64,000 nt of DNA, from positions 1 through 64,000 of IMG/VR virus record IMGVR_UViG_3300023202_000336. One strand, given 5' to 3'. Shown here piece after piece: positions 16,408 through 27,043 of the stretch. This DNA comes from a virus. Within the stretch, counting starts at the first letter, position 1; every line of letters begins with the position of its first letter. Under the pieces are notes generated by a model that saw only the letters and a program-made list of their open reading frames with translations, did not search any database and was not told where the DNA came from. A program made the translations under genes and the position numbers.

Positions 16408-16779
16408 ATGGAATTTGACGTTCAAGTCGACATCAGCGATGAGGAAGGTCACTTCCATGAGGCGAGCGGGGCACTCTCGTACTGCTTTCTTCGGTCACGC
16501 GATTTTTGGCCACGATCGGTAGCAATCGCGGAAACCGGACAAGTCTTCTTTCGAACGATTATCCCCGTATCAAAAGCTTCCCAGCTCACCATCTATCCCG
16601 ATTACGACAAAGTACTTGTGACGAAACTCTTCGAGCGCGAAGCGCCTTCACTCGTGGTGACCTACCGCGACGGAACACTCACTTTCACTGGACGAGGCGG
16701 GGCGTCACTTGAAGCGCGAAAACTCAGCCGCCTCCCGGTCTGGTCGCATCGCATTTCAGGAAGGTTCTCAGTTCAGTGA
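16408..16779 (+). CDS. Hypothetical protein
   Basis: Fills the gap; GTGA-coupled to the next gene. Confidence 0.6.
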   Translation: MEFDVQVDISDEEGHFHEASGALSYCFLRSRDFWPRSVAIAETGQVFFRTIIPVSKASQLTIYPDYDKVLVTKLFEREAPSLVVTYRDGTLTFTGRGGASLEARKLSRLPVWSHRISGRFSVQ

Positions 16780-17666
16780 GGGACCCTTTTGAGCGTCTTT
16801 TTACCAACCGGGGCGGGGAGCTCGTGAACGCTGGTGGGTCCGTCGTCCCTGATCAGGGAGTCGAGCTTCGTATGACCGTTCGACGGTCACAACTTCAGCG
16901 TGAGAAGGCGATCGCCGCGTATCGACGCAATATCGCGCTCGAGGACGTCCACATAGCTGATCGTCGTGTGCAGAGTGAAGAGCCAGCGGTACTCGGTGAA
17001 GACGGTGAAACGATGACCTGGGAGCGGCGTTGTGAGCTGATGCGCGATAAGGAAACGATGGTCGACGAGCAGGGCCGTGTCCGTGGATATGACGAAGAAG
17101 CAGAACTCGTCGATTATACGGGTCTTTTCGATGGCGCGATCGAGTCTGAGACACTCGGAGAGAGTTCGGTCAAGAGCTGGAAAGGGATCCGAGTCGTTCA
17201 ACCGCGGGAACTTGATATCGAGGTTGAGATCGGCGAATATTTTGGGGAGGATCGAAGCAGATCGGAGCAGGATGCGATGGCAGCGTGTATTTTCACTACC
17301 GGACGGAACGCGATCGATGGCGAGGACCTCTTTCGTAAGTACTTCCACGAGGCGATCGCGAAAGTTCTCAAAGAGACGAAATACCCCGTAACCGAGATCT
17401 GGATATCGAGTGCTGGATACAATATTCTGGTGCGGTGGGGGGTTTTTCCGCAGGCCGAAGAATATGTCTATTACGGTGCGCACGTGAAAATCGATGATCG
17501 GATCGCGAATGAGATTCGTCTCGTTGTCGACGAGAAGCATCCGAGTCGGCCGCGTATCTACGCGTCGCTTTTCTTAGAAAACGAGGAATACGAGTGGGAG
17601 GAGTACCACGCTCGTTCCGAAGATGAAACCGATGAGATAAAGATTGAAGGAGATGAAAATGAGTGA
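16776..17666 (+). CDS. Hypothetical protein
   Basis: 296-aa coupled ORF with genome-typical codon use. Confidence 0.75.
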   Translation: MRDPFERLFTNRGGELVNAGGSVVPDQGVELRMTVRRSQLQREKAIAAYRRNIALEDVHIADRRVQSEEPAVLGEDGETMTWERRCELMRDKETMVDEQGRVRGYDEEAELVDYTGLFDGAIESETLGESSVKSWKGIRVVQPRELDIEVEIGEYFGEDRSRSEQDAMAACIFTTGRNAIDGEDLFRKYFHEAIAKVLKETKYPVTEIWISSAGYNILVRWGVFPQAEEYVYYGAHVKIDDRIANEIRLVVDEKHPSRPRIYASLFLENEEYEWEEYHARSEDETDEIKIEGDENE

Positions 17667-18330
17667 TTTAGCCTCTGGAGCAGTTGATAAGGACGAGATT
17701 CCCGAAGTAGCTCAGGACGGCCGCTGGCGCCAGGTTTTGGCGCGATGCCCTGATGCGATCGCGTATGCGGTCGACCGTTCGGGAATGGTCTGCTGTTTCA
17801 CCGGTCCCGCACAGTACCATGACGGTGTCGGTCGTTGGATGCCAGGGCAAGGCGTCGAACGGCACGATATGGGACTGGCCCCGACTGCGCCAAACTTCGA
17901 CCCGGCAGCATCGCTGACGATCAAGCCTGGGCAGAAGGACGCCTATTATAAGATGCAGTCCGAAGCGATCAGCCCGCCGAAGGATCTTCCGCGGGACGCA
18001 TCGCCTCAGCGTGTCGATAAGGTTGAGCAACCGGTTGATCCTTTCGAACGCGATGAGTCGAAGCCGCAGCACGGAGCGATCCCGTCGACCGATCCGCTTC
18101 CGCGAACGAACGTTGAGAAGGAGCGTGAGCGGAATACAGCGATCCGTCGTCAGATCGAGGCCGAGAAGGCCAAGGAGACGCCGGCGGAAGCTCCGTTGTC
18201 GCTCGTCGAGACGGCGAAGATTCTAGCCGGTGCGGTCGAAGACATCGCTGCCGTGATCCCGAAGACCAAGCAGCCGAAGGTAGCTCGTGCACGAGAGAAT
18301 ATCAAGGAGCTGCTCGAAAGACTGAGCTAG
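17644..18330 (+). CDS. Hypothetical protein
   Basis: GAAGGAG SD near 17646 (start may be 17653/17659); low-complexity C-terminal half. Confidence 0.7.
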   Translation: MKEMKMSDLASGAVDKDEIPEVAQDGRWRQVLARCPDAIAYAVDRSGMVCCFTGPAQYHDGVGRWMPGQGVERHDMGLAPTAPNFDPAASLTIKPGQKDAYYKMQSEAISPPKDLPRDASPQRVDKVEQPVDPFERDESKPQHGAIPSTDPLPRTNVEKERERNTAIRRQIEAEKAKETPAEAPLSLVETAKILAGAVEDIAAVIPKTKQPKVARARENIKELLERLS

Positions 18331-18331
18331 G

Positions 18332-18359
18332 TTGCGCCTGAAACGCGCAAATCTATAAT
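18332..18359 (+). promoter_or_regulatory. Sigma70-like promoter candidate
   Basis: TTGCGC-N16-TATAAT in the intergenic gap. Confidence 0.5.
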
Positions 18360-18385
18360 GACCATGCTCGTATTCGAGAGTCCCT

Positions 18386-19051
18386 ATGCCTGAAGATTCG
18401 GTTCGTGATATTCGTGGCCTTGGGATGCTTCGCCGGAAAGCGGCGACGTCCCAGGGCCCAGCGGATGCTTTCGACTCGGCGACCACCATCGATCCGACGG
18501 GCCTCGTTCGCGAGCACACCAACGACGGGACGGTGGTCGACCGTATCTACGGTGATGGACGGCACTTCACGCCGATCCAGCCTGCTACTCCTGGTGGACC
18601 GCTTGTTCCCGGCCAGTTCTGGCTCGAGCAGCAGGGATCGGACACGTTTCTCTTTTTCGTCGATCATGCGGGCGTTATCCAGAAGGTAGTCGGCGGCGGC
18701 GGACTCCCGACCCCTTCGATCATCAACCTTACGAGCGGTGTTCCAACAACGATCGCGACGGTCAATGTCGATTCGGTCGGTGTGATTGAGTGGGGTCTTG
18801 CCCTCTACAAGGAGGCGACGGGTCAGCGTCACCATTTTCGTCTCGTCGGCGCGCACGACGGGACGAATGTCGCCGATGCGACGACGACCCAGCTGAATCA
18901 ACAGGGAACGATCAGTTTCGGCGTACTGGATGTGACGCTTGCACTGAGCCTGTCCGGTACAGGGGCGGGCCAGGAGATGGATCTCGACGCAACTGCTTCT
19001 TCGACGAACTGGAAAGCAGCGATCGTTGCTGAACGACTGGTGGCGCCCTGA
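18386..19051 (+). CDS. Structural / fibre-associated protein
   Basis: Thr/Gly-rich, beta-rich C-terminal domain; TGATG-coupled to the fibre gene. Confidence 0.7.
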   Translation: MPEDSVRDIRGLGMLRRKAATSQGPADAFDSATTIDPTGLVREHTNDGTVVDRIYGDGRHFTPIQPATPGGPLVPGQFWLEQQGSDTFLFFVDHAGVIQKVVGGGGLPTPSIINLTSGVPTTIATVNVDSVGVIEWGLALYKEATGQRHHFRLVGAHDGTNVADATTTQLNQQGTISFGVLDVTLALSLSGTGAGQEMDLDATASSTNWKAAIVAERLVAP

Positions 19052-20154
19052 TGGCTGACGCATCGACCTTTGAAGCGCTCGGTATTCGGATTGGAAAGCT
19101 CGGTTCGTCAGCTGACCTTGCTATCGCTGCGGCGCTGAGCGACGGAGATCCGTCGATCGACGCCCATACCGACGCGAACCGTATCGGCATCTATTACGAT
19201 CGTACCGGCGGCTCCGAGAAGATCGGCGTCGTTGTTATGGGGACCGACGCGATCGGGTTCTTCGATGATCGCGTCGAAGTGCTCGGAAACGAGACATGGC
19301 ACGCCGGGAACTTCAATCCAGCAGATTATCAGCTGCTCTCTGAGAAGGGAGCAGCGAACGGATACGCTGAGCTCGACGGGACCGGGAAAGTTCCCGCTTC
19401 GCAGCTCCCTCTCACAGGCCTGAATTTCAAAGGGAACTGGGACGCAAATGCGAACTCGCCGACGTTGAGCTCGGGGTCCGGGACCGACGGCGATTGGTAC
19501 AACGTCTCCGTTGCGGGTACGACCAATCTCGACGGGATCACCGACTGGGATGTTGGTGACAAAGCGATCTTCGTCGAATCGGTCTGGCAGAAGATCGACA
19601 ATAGCGACGAGAACAAGGTCCTCGCCTCAGCTGGTGATGCGACGCCTGGGTTCCTCGATGCGAAGGTGGATGGAACGACTATTCAGGTGACTGGCGATCA
19701 GCTTGCAGTGATCGAGGGTGGACTCACGGTCGGCGCGGATCAAGTTACGGCCGATACGGCTTCGTTCGGCGGAATCTTGAGCGGCGCCGATACCAATGTG
19801 CAACTTGCGCTCGATACGATCGATGATCATACGCACGCACTCGATGACCTGAGTGACGTCGTTAATACCGGTGACGTGACGGTGAATGACGCGTCGCTTA
19901 CTACTGTTGATTCCGTTTCGACTGGTACCGTGTGGCTCTGGTTACTCGATATCAACGATGGAAACGCTCACGCCGGTTATCAGATCCTCGCGTCAGCGTT
20001 CGGCGCGAATGATGTCAACTACACGATCCATCCAGCTACACGGATCGATGGAAGCACGATCGTTGTAAACCGATCGGGCGGTACGACGACCCTTGAAGTG
20101 CAGACTGCCGACCCTTCGGTCGATACTGCACGAGCACGAAGAATGACTCTCTAG
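19051..20154 (+). CDS. Tail fibre protein
   Basis: GAANGYAELDGTGKVPASQLP and FKGNWDANANSPTL...GDWYNVSVAG fibre modules. Confidence 0.8.
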   Translation: MADASTFEALGIRIGKLGSSADLAIAAALSDGDPSIDAHTDANRIGIYYDRTGGSEKIGVVVMGTDAIGFFDDRVEVLGNETWHAGNFNPADYQLLSEKGAANGYAELDGTGKVPASQLPLTGLNFKGNWDANANSPTLSSGSGTDGDWYNVSVAGTTNLDGITDWDVGDKAIFVESVWQKIDNSDENKVLASAGDATPGFLDAKVDGTTIQVTGDQLAVIEGGLTVGADQVTADTASFGGILSGADTNVQLALDTIDDHTHALDDLSDVVNTGDVTVNDASLTTVDSVSTGTVWLWLLDINDGNAHAGYQILASAFGANDVNYTIHPATRIDGSTIVVNRSGGTTTLEVQTADPSVDTARARRMTL

Positions 20155-20180
20155 CCTCTCTTTCCCCAGGAGATAACTTT

Positions 20181-20537
20181 ATGACAAAGAACAAGCCGAC
20201 TGAAATCAAACTCACGAGAGGAGCTATCAAGCTCCTTCAGACTATCGTTCCGCAGCCGAATTGGGCGAAGACGCTCGATAACGTGTATCGTGCTGGCCGC
20301 TTCATCGAGATCCTCGAAGAGAAGTTTCCCGAGGAAATGCCGAGGGAACCGGATAAGCAGCGCGACTGGCTGAACGAGTTCGTTCAGTTCAGTATCACGC
20401 CGAAGTATAGGAAGATGCTCGAGGCCTGTCTGGAGCATCACGTAAAGGCTGGTGCGATCGTTCCGACGAAGCATACCATCGTTCTCATGGATGCGCTCGG
20501 CCTCGAATTCGACGATGACGAGGACGACGAAGGGTAG
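20181..20537 (+). CDS. Small hypothetical protein, possible fibre chaperone
   Basis: AGGAG SD; acidic tail; sits between fibre genes. Confidence 0.7.
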   Translation: MTKNKPTEIKLTRGAIKLLQTIVPQPNWAKTLDNVYRAGRFIEILEEKFPEEMPREPDKQRDWLNEFVQFSITPKYRKMLEACLEHHVKAGAIVPTKHTIVLMDALGLEFDDDEDDEG

Positions 20538-20542
20538 CAAAC

Positions 20543-22306
20543 GTGGCCGCTAATCCGCTGATCGCACACTTAGGCTTCCGCACCGAGGACGAAGGTACTT
20601 CTGGTGCGTTGGCGATTGCGGTCGGGACCGCTCTGGACGGGGGTAACCGCACGGGCCTGTACGCGTCCCTGTCCGGGACCGAGCACCTCGGAGCCCTCGC
20701 GGGCGGCTTCGAGGCTGCTCGTTTTTTCAATGACAGCGTCGATAAGACTTTCGAGACGTTCGGTCCTGCGGTATTCGGTGCTCATCTTCAGGTTACCGAC
20801 AAGGACGCGGGTCATACCGAGGTCGACGGTGATATCTGGTATGATACGGGTACGAACGAGTTCCAGTTCCGTGAGAACGGGACGACGAAGACACTCGCTA
20901 CTGGATCTGCTTCGCCTGGTGGCGCTGATACGAACGTCCAGTTCAATAACGCCGGAGCGTTCGGCGGCAGCTCCGAGTTCACTTGGGACGATACCGGTAA
21001 GGTTCTCACTGTTACCGGCAACGCGGTCGTCGCTCAGGGGACGATTACATCGTCTGAGATCGGTATTTCGCATACGGTTGAATGGAACGATGCAGTCACG
21101 CCGTTTACTGCGATCCAGTCGAACGTCACCGATACTGCCTCGGGCTCGGCGTCGCTGCTGCTTGATCTGCAAGTAACCGGGTCGACAGCGTTCTCAGTTC
21201 GCAAAGATGGGTTTATTTTCGGCTCGTTGCTCGATCTTTTCATCGGGGGCGACTTTACCGGAAGTGAAGATGCGCTCACAATACGTGGTACGTGGAACAC
21301 CGGGTCGGATGTCGATGCGATTCTGGTAGACCTCACGAATAGTGCTGCGGGATCTGGCTCGAACCTCATAGATCTCAGAGAAGATGGCTTTTCGCAGTTT
21401 AGGGTCAGAGCGAGCAGCGTCAGCTTCGATCCTGCCGTCCTATCCCGTATCCCGATCGAAGTCGATCTCGAGACGATTACCGACCCCGTTACCGGGTTCA
21501 CGCATCTTGCGATATGGAATGATGGTGCTGATACGTTTACGGCGATCGAAGTTGATATTACAGATACGGCTTCTGCAGTTGCGTCGCTCCTTCTCGATCT
21601 CCAAGTTGGAAGTACTACTCAGTTCTCGGTCCGTAAGGACGGCTTGGCGACGGCGAACCAGCTTCTTGCGGATCAGGGAACGATCGCCGATCCTGCCGTA
21701 GGGATCGAGAACCGTGTCACCTGGAACGATGGTGCCGACACGTTCAAAGCGGTCGAGATCGATATCACCGACACCGCTTCGGCCGCGGGTTCGCTAGCTA
21801 TCGATGTGCTGGTCGATGCTGCAAGCGTCTTTAGCGTCGATAAAGCCGGTAACGTCGATATGGATGGGAAGCTCACTGTTGGTGGGCTTATCGATCCGAC
21901 CGGTCTCGAGCTGACCCCACAGGGGGCGAACCCTGGCGGTGTTCCGGCGAATACGCTTTGGCTCAATAGTGGTGATAGTGATCGTCTCTATCACGGATCG
22001 ACTGCGCTGAAGCTTTCAACCGTGCTCGGTGAGGCGAGCTCGAACTCTACGTTGAGCCGCCATGAGCATCAGTACATCGGTCTCAATACGGTCACCGCGA
22101 GCGGAGCTTTTCAAATCGATCTGCCCGCCTCGCCTGTTGAAGGCGATGAAGTCGAGTGGAAGGACCAGGAGGGAGATGCAGAGGCGACGAATGTTACGAT
22201 AGACGGAAATGGTAATAACATCGACGGGTCTCTGACTTTTACTGTGAACGAGGATTTCCAGGGTGGCCGGCTTATCTTCGCCTTCAGCGAATGGAGAGTC
22301 ATGTAA
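20543..22306 (+). CDS. Tail fibre protein with internal repeats
   Basis: Repeated WND..TFTAIEVDITDTASA..SLLLDLQVG modules; GGADTNVQFNNAGAFGG motif; C-terminal IDLPASPVEGD...IDG domain. Confidence 0.8.
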   Translation: MAANPLIAHLGFRTEDEGTSGALAIAVGTALDGGNRTGLYASLSGTEHLGALAGGFEAARFFNDSVDKTFETFGPAVFGAHLQVTDKDAGHTEVDGDIWYDTGTNEFQFRENGTTKTLATGSASPGGADTNVQFNNAGAFGGSSEFTWDDTGKVLTVTGNAVVAQGTITSSEIGISHTVEWNDAVTPFTAIQSNVTDTASGSASLLLDLQVTGSTAFSVRKDGFIFGSLLDLFIGGDFTGSEDALTIRGTWNTGSDVDAILVDLTNSAAGSGSNLIDLREDGFSQFRVRASSVSFDPAVLSRIPIEVDLETITDPVTGFTHLAIWNDGADTFTAIEVDITDTASAVASLLLDLQVGSTTQFSVRKDGLATANQLLADQGTIADPAVGIENRVTWNDGADTFKAVEIDITDTASAAGSLAIDVLVDAASVFSVDKAGNVDMDGKLTVGGLIDPTGLELTPQGANPGGVPANTLWLNSGDSDRLYHGSTALKLSTVLGEASSNSTLSRHEHQYIGLNTVTASGAFQIDLPASPVEGDEVEWKDQEGDAEATNVTIDGNGNNIDGSLTFTVNEDFQGGRLIFAFSEWRVM

Positions 22307-24129
22307 TGTATCTCGGTAAGCAGACCACGCAGAATGTCCTCAACAATGACGGTCTCGGCAGCGGGGCCGGTGGAGGTACCGGCGGAGTTCTTCCGAACTC
22401 AGCGAAAGGGTTCCATGCCCGTCTCTCCGGTAATTACGACCCGTCTGTTTCCGAAAGTAATATCCCTTTTGATATTGTTGATGTGAATGTTGGGGGTCTT
22501 TTCGATATTACCCAAAACGGGATGGTTGCCAAAGAAGCAGGGCTTCATTTTCTTTCGGTGAATCTTTCGTTCGAAGGCGGCGCCGGCGGTGATGATACGC
22601 TCGAGCTGATGTTTCGGGTGAACGGTGTGAACGACACTGGCACCCGTGTTTTCGATAACCCCGAGTTTCAGACCTCTACGGGACGTGAATACGTCTCTAA
22701 TTACACCGCTATTTTGGATCTGGAAATCGGGGACCTCGTTCAGGCGCGTCTCTTTAGTTTCAATACTGGCACGGACGTTGTCATACTTCGGCACTCGACG
22801 TTCGTTGGGTTCAAGGTAGCCGGTACTTTCGGGCATGCACCCGTTATCGACGGAGTTGATCTTCCTGCAAACCCGACCTGGAATGGGTCCGCGGTACCCT
22901 CGTTCTCTACTCAGGACGGGAAGTACAGCGCCGTCGGAAGTTACGTGAGCGGATACTTTACTGGCGTCCTCAATTCTGGATTGTCGGCCGATACGGTCCG
23001 TATGGATGCGACCGACTTCTTCGGTCTCGGTGCAATCGATGAGTCCAAGCTTCCGGATATAGGATCGGAAGATACAGAAGAGCGTGCAGCGATTGGTGTC
23101 GGCTACATTCGTGACAACACTAGCGCGAACGTAATTTACAACTTCATCGCTTATTATCGAGACGACGACGAGGCCGTTTACTTCTGGTTCACCGATAACG
23201 GCTCCATCGATCGTTGGACCGAGTCGAATCCGGTCGCCGTCGCGTCAGGCGATGTATTTCATTTTCACTTTTTCAACGTCCCCATCGAAGGCCTTCGTGC
23301 CGGTATCGAACCGGATAACTCGGCGTTGACGCTTGCGGAACGTATCGAGATCGGGCCTGCGACGGATACGATCACGTTCGATACGAGCCGTCTCGGGGAT
23401 CGCGCCTATCAGATCCACCTGTTCATTCTGAACGATGATCTCTCGGCGTCGACCTATGAACTGTTTGTGAACGGTGACACGACTTCGACGAACTATAATT
23501 CGACGAAGAGAACGAACGACGGATCGACACAGGCGGTTTCGGCGCCGAATACAGCCGAGATAGCTGAAGCAAATGTGGCCTCCAATTACGCTGAATTCAT
23601 TATAGATCTTCGTACCTTTGTTAATGGCGCTTTTTCGGTGCGATCGGTCGGGCAGAAGTCCGTTTCCACCGGGTCGAGCGCTGATGTGTCGATTGATTAT
23701 AGCATGCGAAAGACTTCGTTGCTTTCCGGGCCGGCTCCTACGATCGACCAGCTTCAACTGAAGGCGTCTCAGGCGGGCGGCTTCGGCACGAATACGGTTG
23801 CGCTGCTTTATACTCGTCACCAGACGACCGGTGCGCAGCTTGGGGCTGTTGCGACGATCGGTACGGCTTCGGATATTACTGCCGAGCGTGTTCCAGATCT
23901 CTTCGTTGGCGTTGATACTACCGGCGGCCCGGTAACGGTGACAGCGAGTCTCAGTCCTTCCGAAGGAGATCGCGTGACCGTGAAGGACGAAGGCGGCGCA
24001 GCAGGTACGGATGCGATCACGTTCGATGGGAATGGGAACAACGTTGACGGTGCTGCAAGCGATACCATCGTGACCGACAATGGATCGAAGACCTACATAT
24101 TCCGCGGTGGGGAGTGGAGAATTACCTGA
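22306..24129 (+). CDS. Tail fibre / adhesin with N-terminal C1q-like domain
   Basis: FHARL...IPFDIVDVNVGG...AGLHFLSVNL (C1q-like); C-terminal VDTTGGPVTVT...GD.V.VKD..G domain paralogous to 20543. Confidence 0.75.
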   Translation: MYLGKQTTQNVLNNDGLGSGAGGGTGGVLPNSAKGFHARLSGNYDPSVSESNIPFDIVDVNVGGLFDITQNGMVAKEAGLHFLSVNLSFEGGAGGDDTLELMFRVNGVNDTGTRVFDNPEFQTSTGREYVSNYTAILDLEIGDLVQARLFSFNTGTDVVILRHSTFVGFKVAGTFGHAPVIDGVDLPANPTWNGSAVPSFSTQDGKYSAVGSYVSGYFTGVLNSGLSADTVRMDATDFFGLGAIDESKLPDIGSEDTEERAAIGVGYIRDNTSANVIYNFIAYYRDDDEAVYFWFTDNGSIDRWTESNPVAVASGDVFHFHFFNVPIEGLRAGIEPDNSALTLAERIEIGPATDTITFDTSRLGDRAYQIHLFILNDDLSASTYELFVNGDTTSTNYNSTKRTNDGSTQAVSAPNTAEIAEANVASNYAEFIIDLRTFVNGAFSVRSVGQKSVSTGSSADVSIDYSMRKTSLLSGPAPTIDQLQLKASQAGGFGTNTVALLYTRHQTTGAQLGAVATIGTASDITAERVPDLFVGVDTTGGPVTVTASLSPSEGDRVTVKDEGGAAGTDAITFDGNGNNVDGAASDTIVTDNGSKTYIFRGGEWRIT

Positions 24130-24758
24130 TGGCCTACTCTCCCGCCGCACAGGTTCGGAACAATCTCGACGCAACAACCGATCCGACTATCAATGACGAC
24201 AGCACGCTCAATTACGATGAGAACAGCGTTTGGTTGAACGTCTCGACTGACAAGGTCTTTTATTGCGCTGATCCGACCGCTGGGGCCGCGGTATGGCTCT
24301 CTTTGAGCGAGACACCTTCGGGCCCGGTGAGTTCTGCTATGCTCACGAAGAGCACGAAGCAGACTGGAATTAACGGAAGCGCGACGCTCACCTGGGATGG
24401 AACCGGATTCGATGTAAACGGTATCGCTGATCTTCCTAACGACGCAATTAAGGCCGATGCGGATGGAATTTGGATAGTCACTTGTAACGTTCGTCTGGAA
24501 AATGTGGGAGGGAACGACTTTTCTCGGCTGATTCCTAGAGTAAACGGTGCGAATCCGACTGACGTTGGAGGCCTTGTATCTTGGAACTTGAGTATTAAGA
24601 ACTTCAGCACCGCTGGCGCTCTTGGGTCAGGTATTTTCCGGCTCGCGACTGATGATTTATTTACCGTAGAGGTTTCTAGCGATGATACGAATTACGATGT
24701 CTTTGATTCAGGTAACGGTTCACATTTAAGTGCTGCCTATTTGGGGGCGGACGCGTGA
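24129..24758 (+). CDS. Adhesin with MAYSP adaptor N-terminus and C1q-like C-terminus
   Basis: TGATG coupling; ~60-aa N-terminus shared with 25156; ADGIWIVTCNV...LATDDLFTVEV. Confidence 0.8.
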   Translation: MAYSPAAQVRNNLDATTDPTINDDSTLNYDENSVWLNVSTDKVFYCADPTAGAAVWLSLSETPSGPVSSAMLTKSTKQTGINGSATLTWDGTGFDVNGIADLPNDAIKADADGIWIVTCNVRLENVGGNDFSRLIPRVNGANPTDVGGLVSWNLSIKNFSTAGALGSGIFRLATDDLFTVEVSSDDTNYDVFDSGNGSHLSAAYLGADA

Positions 24759-25156
24759 GTATAGATTTTGCAAAGCCGGATAACGCGGTCGAAGTCGTGT
24801 TCGATAATCTTCACATCGGCACTACTTTTTGGGATAAGTCCGATAACGCCTGGACTAAAATATCTTCGGGTGAGGCTCGAACGGTAAAGGAGCCCTATCG
24901 CTCCAAACCGTTCGCGAAGAGAACGAATGTGTGCGTAACGCAGCAGGTCGCGAGCCGTCCGAAACGAATCGATCCACCTCCTCCCGATCCAGACGAGGAA
25001 GCATATAGGGAACTTTGTAAATTTCCCGACCGGGTTATTCTCGAATTGATACGTTCTCAGGCCACGGATCCCGAAGGGCGCAAGAAGGCACAGGAGAAGC
25101 TCAGGAAGATGCTTCCCCTTTTCGAGAAGTACGGGCAGTTCGAGGAAGAAAACTGA
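24755..25156 (+). CDS. Hypothetical non-structural-looking protein
   Basis: Coupled at both ends; Lys/Arg-rich, unlike its neighbours. Confidence 0.65.
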   Translation: MSIDFAKPDNAVEVVFDNLHIGTTFWDKSDNAWTKISSGEARTVKEPYRSKPFAKRTNVCVTQQVASRPKRIDPPPPDPDEEAYRELCKFPDRVILELIRSQATDPEGRKKAQEKLRKMLPLFEKYGQFEEEN

Positions 25157-25803
25157 TGGCCTACAGCCCTGATAATCTCGTGAGGAATAATCTTACGGCG
25201 ACAACCGATCCGACCGTTAATAACGACGACGCCGAAAACTATTCCGAAAACAGCGTCTGGCTCAACGTCAACACTAACAAAGCGTTCTTCTGCGCCGATC
25301 CGGCGACCGGTGCAGCTGTCTGGTTGGACCTCAATCCTGCGCTCTTTGATGATTCCGCGGGAAGCGACGTTGCGACGTTTACCACTGGTACTTTTGCTGC
25401 GCAGAAGGCAGTGAAGTTCTATGCCGTGATCGAGGCCGCACTCACGAAGCCTATACGTGGTCCATTCATAAACGGTGATACGACTGCAGCCAACTATCAC
25501 CGAAATCAGTATGGCGCTCAAGATGGCGGCAATCCAGCTGGATTCGAAGATTCTTCGATGTTCGGATACAGTATCAGCGCTGGCGATTTCGTGTTCTTCA
25601 GAGGCACGGTAGTCCACGCTGCGGGGCAAGTGTTCATAGGCATGAGGGCGACTCATCGGGTGAGCGGTACGTCGCTTGATACCGATGTCGTCGATGTTAT
25701 CTGGAACGGTAACGCCGATATCGATGAGCTCTCGTTCGTTGTCGATGATGCGACAAACGGGATCGATAGCCTTTCTGAAATGCAAGTCTGGAAGACATTC
25801 TAG
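25156..25803 (+). CDS. Adhesin with MAYSP adaptor N-terminus and unrelated C-terminus
   Basis: MAYSPDNLVRNNLTATTDPTVNND...SVWLNV...CADP.TGAAVWL is paralogous to 24129. Confidence 0.8.
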   Translation: MAYSPDNLVRNNLTATTDPTVNNDDAENYSENSVWLNVNTNKAFFCADPATGAAVWLDLNPALFDDSAGSDVATFTTGTFAAQKAVKFYAVIEAALTKPIRGPFINGDTTAANYHRNQYGAQDGGNPAGFEDSSMFGYSISAGDFVFFRGTVVHAAGQVFIGMRATHRVSGTSLDTDVVDVIWNGNADIDELSFVVDDATNGIDSLSEMQVWKTF

Positions 25804-25937
25804 CGCTGTAGCAGAGTCATCTAAGTGAAGGTTTCGTCGACACTTAGGTATCTTGTAGATTCTCGTCTGTATCGTAACTTGTATACATTAGCGGGGATCG
25901 TTCCATAGATTCTTGCGTTACTGAGGGGTTATCGCTA

Positions 25938-26972
25938 GTGTCGGATATAGAGCGTCTTATACTCCTTCTCAAGGACGCATCTCCATGGGTAGTTCTCTCG
26001 GGCGCGGTACTGCTCGGCTGGGTTTATTTTCTGCGGCACCGTCGCCTCATGAAGCAAACCGGAGTCGAGCAGCGTGTCGAAGGGAAGCTCGAGGAGAGTA
26101 ACGGTATGCTGAGCAAATTTGTCGCTCGGTACGATGAGGATCGGAAGCGTGATCAGAGGGTCGGCGAGCAGGAAGTCGGCCTCTTACAGAAGCTACACGA
26201 CGAGTTTGTTCATATTTCGGCGGTACTTTCAGGATCACTTTCACCCGAGAACGCGAAACACGCGATTCGTAATCAATGGACTTGGTGTCGTACCTCGACA
26301 GTTCGGATTATAAGACAGTCGATTATCAGCAACAATATCCACGATGACGAAGATCGGATTGCTTATCGCGTACATAAAGCGTGGAAGCACGCGGCCGATG
26401 AGAGTAAGGAATCGCTCGATAAATACAGTGGGCTCGACTATCCGTATGAGAACCTCTACGCACACCTGCCCTCTATCTGGATGGATGTCTGGGATTTGGC
26501 AGTACCACTCTATTACCGAAAACTTGGTGTCTTCCGAACGCTCAATGAGGCACTCGATGATCTCGGTCTTGGGGTCACGTCGCTTTTCGATTCGGCGCTC
26601 GAGACGCATTTCGATATCTGGGAGGACGTAAACAGCGGGCTTATCTACCGCGACGAAGAGGTGAAGAACCGTCTCAAGTTGCATCTTGAGATGCTGAAAG
26701 AACAGCGCGATCGTAATTCGTCAGAACTCGTAAAGGCGATGGCAAGGAGGCTGCGGGAGGAATCGTCGCGGCCGATTACGACAAGTCGTCTTTATCGGAA
26801 TCAGCAGTCGAAGAATATGAGTGACTCGATGCGGAAGAATATGTCCGATGCGATGCGGGCGCTTGAGATCAAGGAGACTGATAGCAGCGACTCGCTCCCT
26901 CCGCCGCATTCGATCTCAGACGACCCCCCGAGCGACCCCTATGTCCCCGATGACGCCCCCGACGAACACTAA
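25938..26972 (+). CDS. N-terminally membrane-anchored protein (lysis or regulatory?)
   Basis: Hydrophobic SPWVVLSGAVLLGWVYFL followed by RHRR; coiled-coil-like soluble part. Confidence 0.7.
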   Translation: MSDIERLILLLKDASPWVVLSGAVLLGWVYFLRHRRLMKQTGVEQRVEGKLEESNGMLSKFVARYDEDRKRDQRVGEQEVGLLQKLHDEFVHISAVLSGSLSPENAKHAIRNQWTWCRTSTVRIIRQSIISNNIHDDEDRIAYRVHKAWKHAADESKESLDKYSGLDYPYENLYAHLPSIWMDVWDLAVPLYYRKLGVFRTLNEALDDLGLGVTSLFDSALETHFDIWEDVNSGLIYRDEEVKNRLKLHLEMLKEQRDRNSSELVKAMARRLREESSRPITTSRLYRNQQSKNMSDSMRKNMSDAMRALEIKETDSSDSLPPPHSISDDPPSDPYVPDDAPDEH

Positions 26973-27043
26973 TACATCGCTTGCAATTTTGCAAGAGTCT
27001 CTTAAGATCTCGGAAACCCCCTTAAGGATCTAAAGGAACTACC

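Noticed and set aside
25821-25847. CTAAGTG...CACTTAG inverted repeat as terminator or member of the GTGT-N8-ACAC family
   Set aside because: 13-nt loop, no U-tract and wrong spacing; too weak to call.
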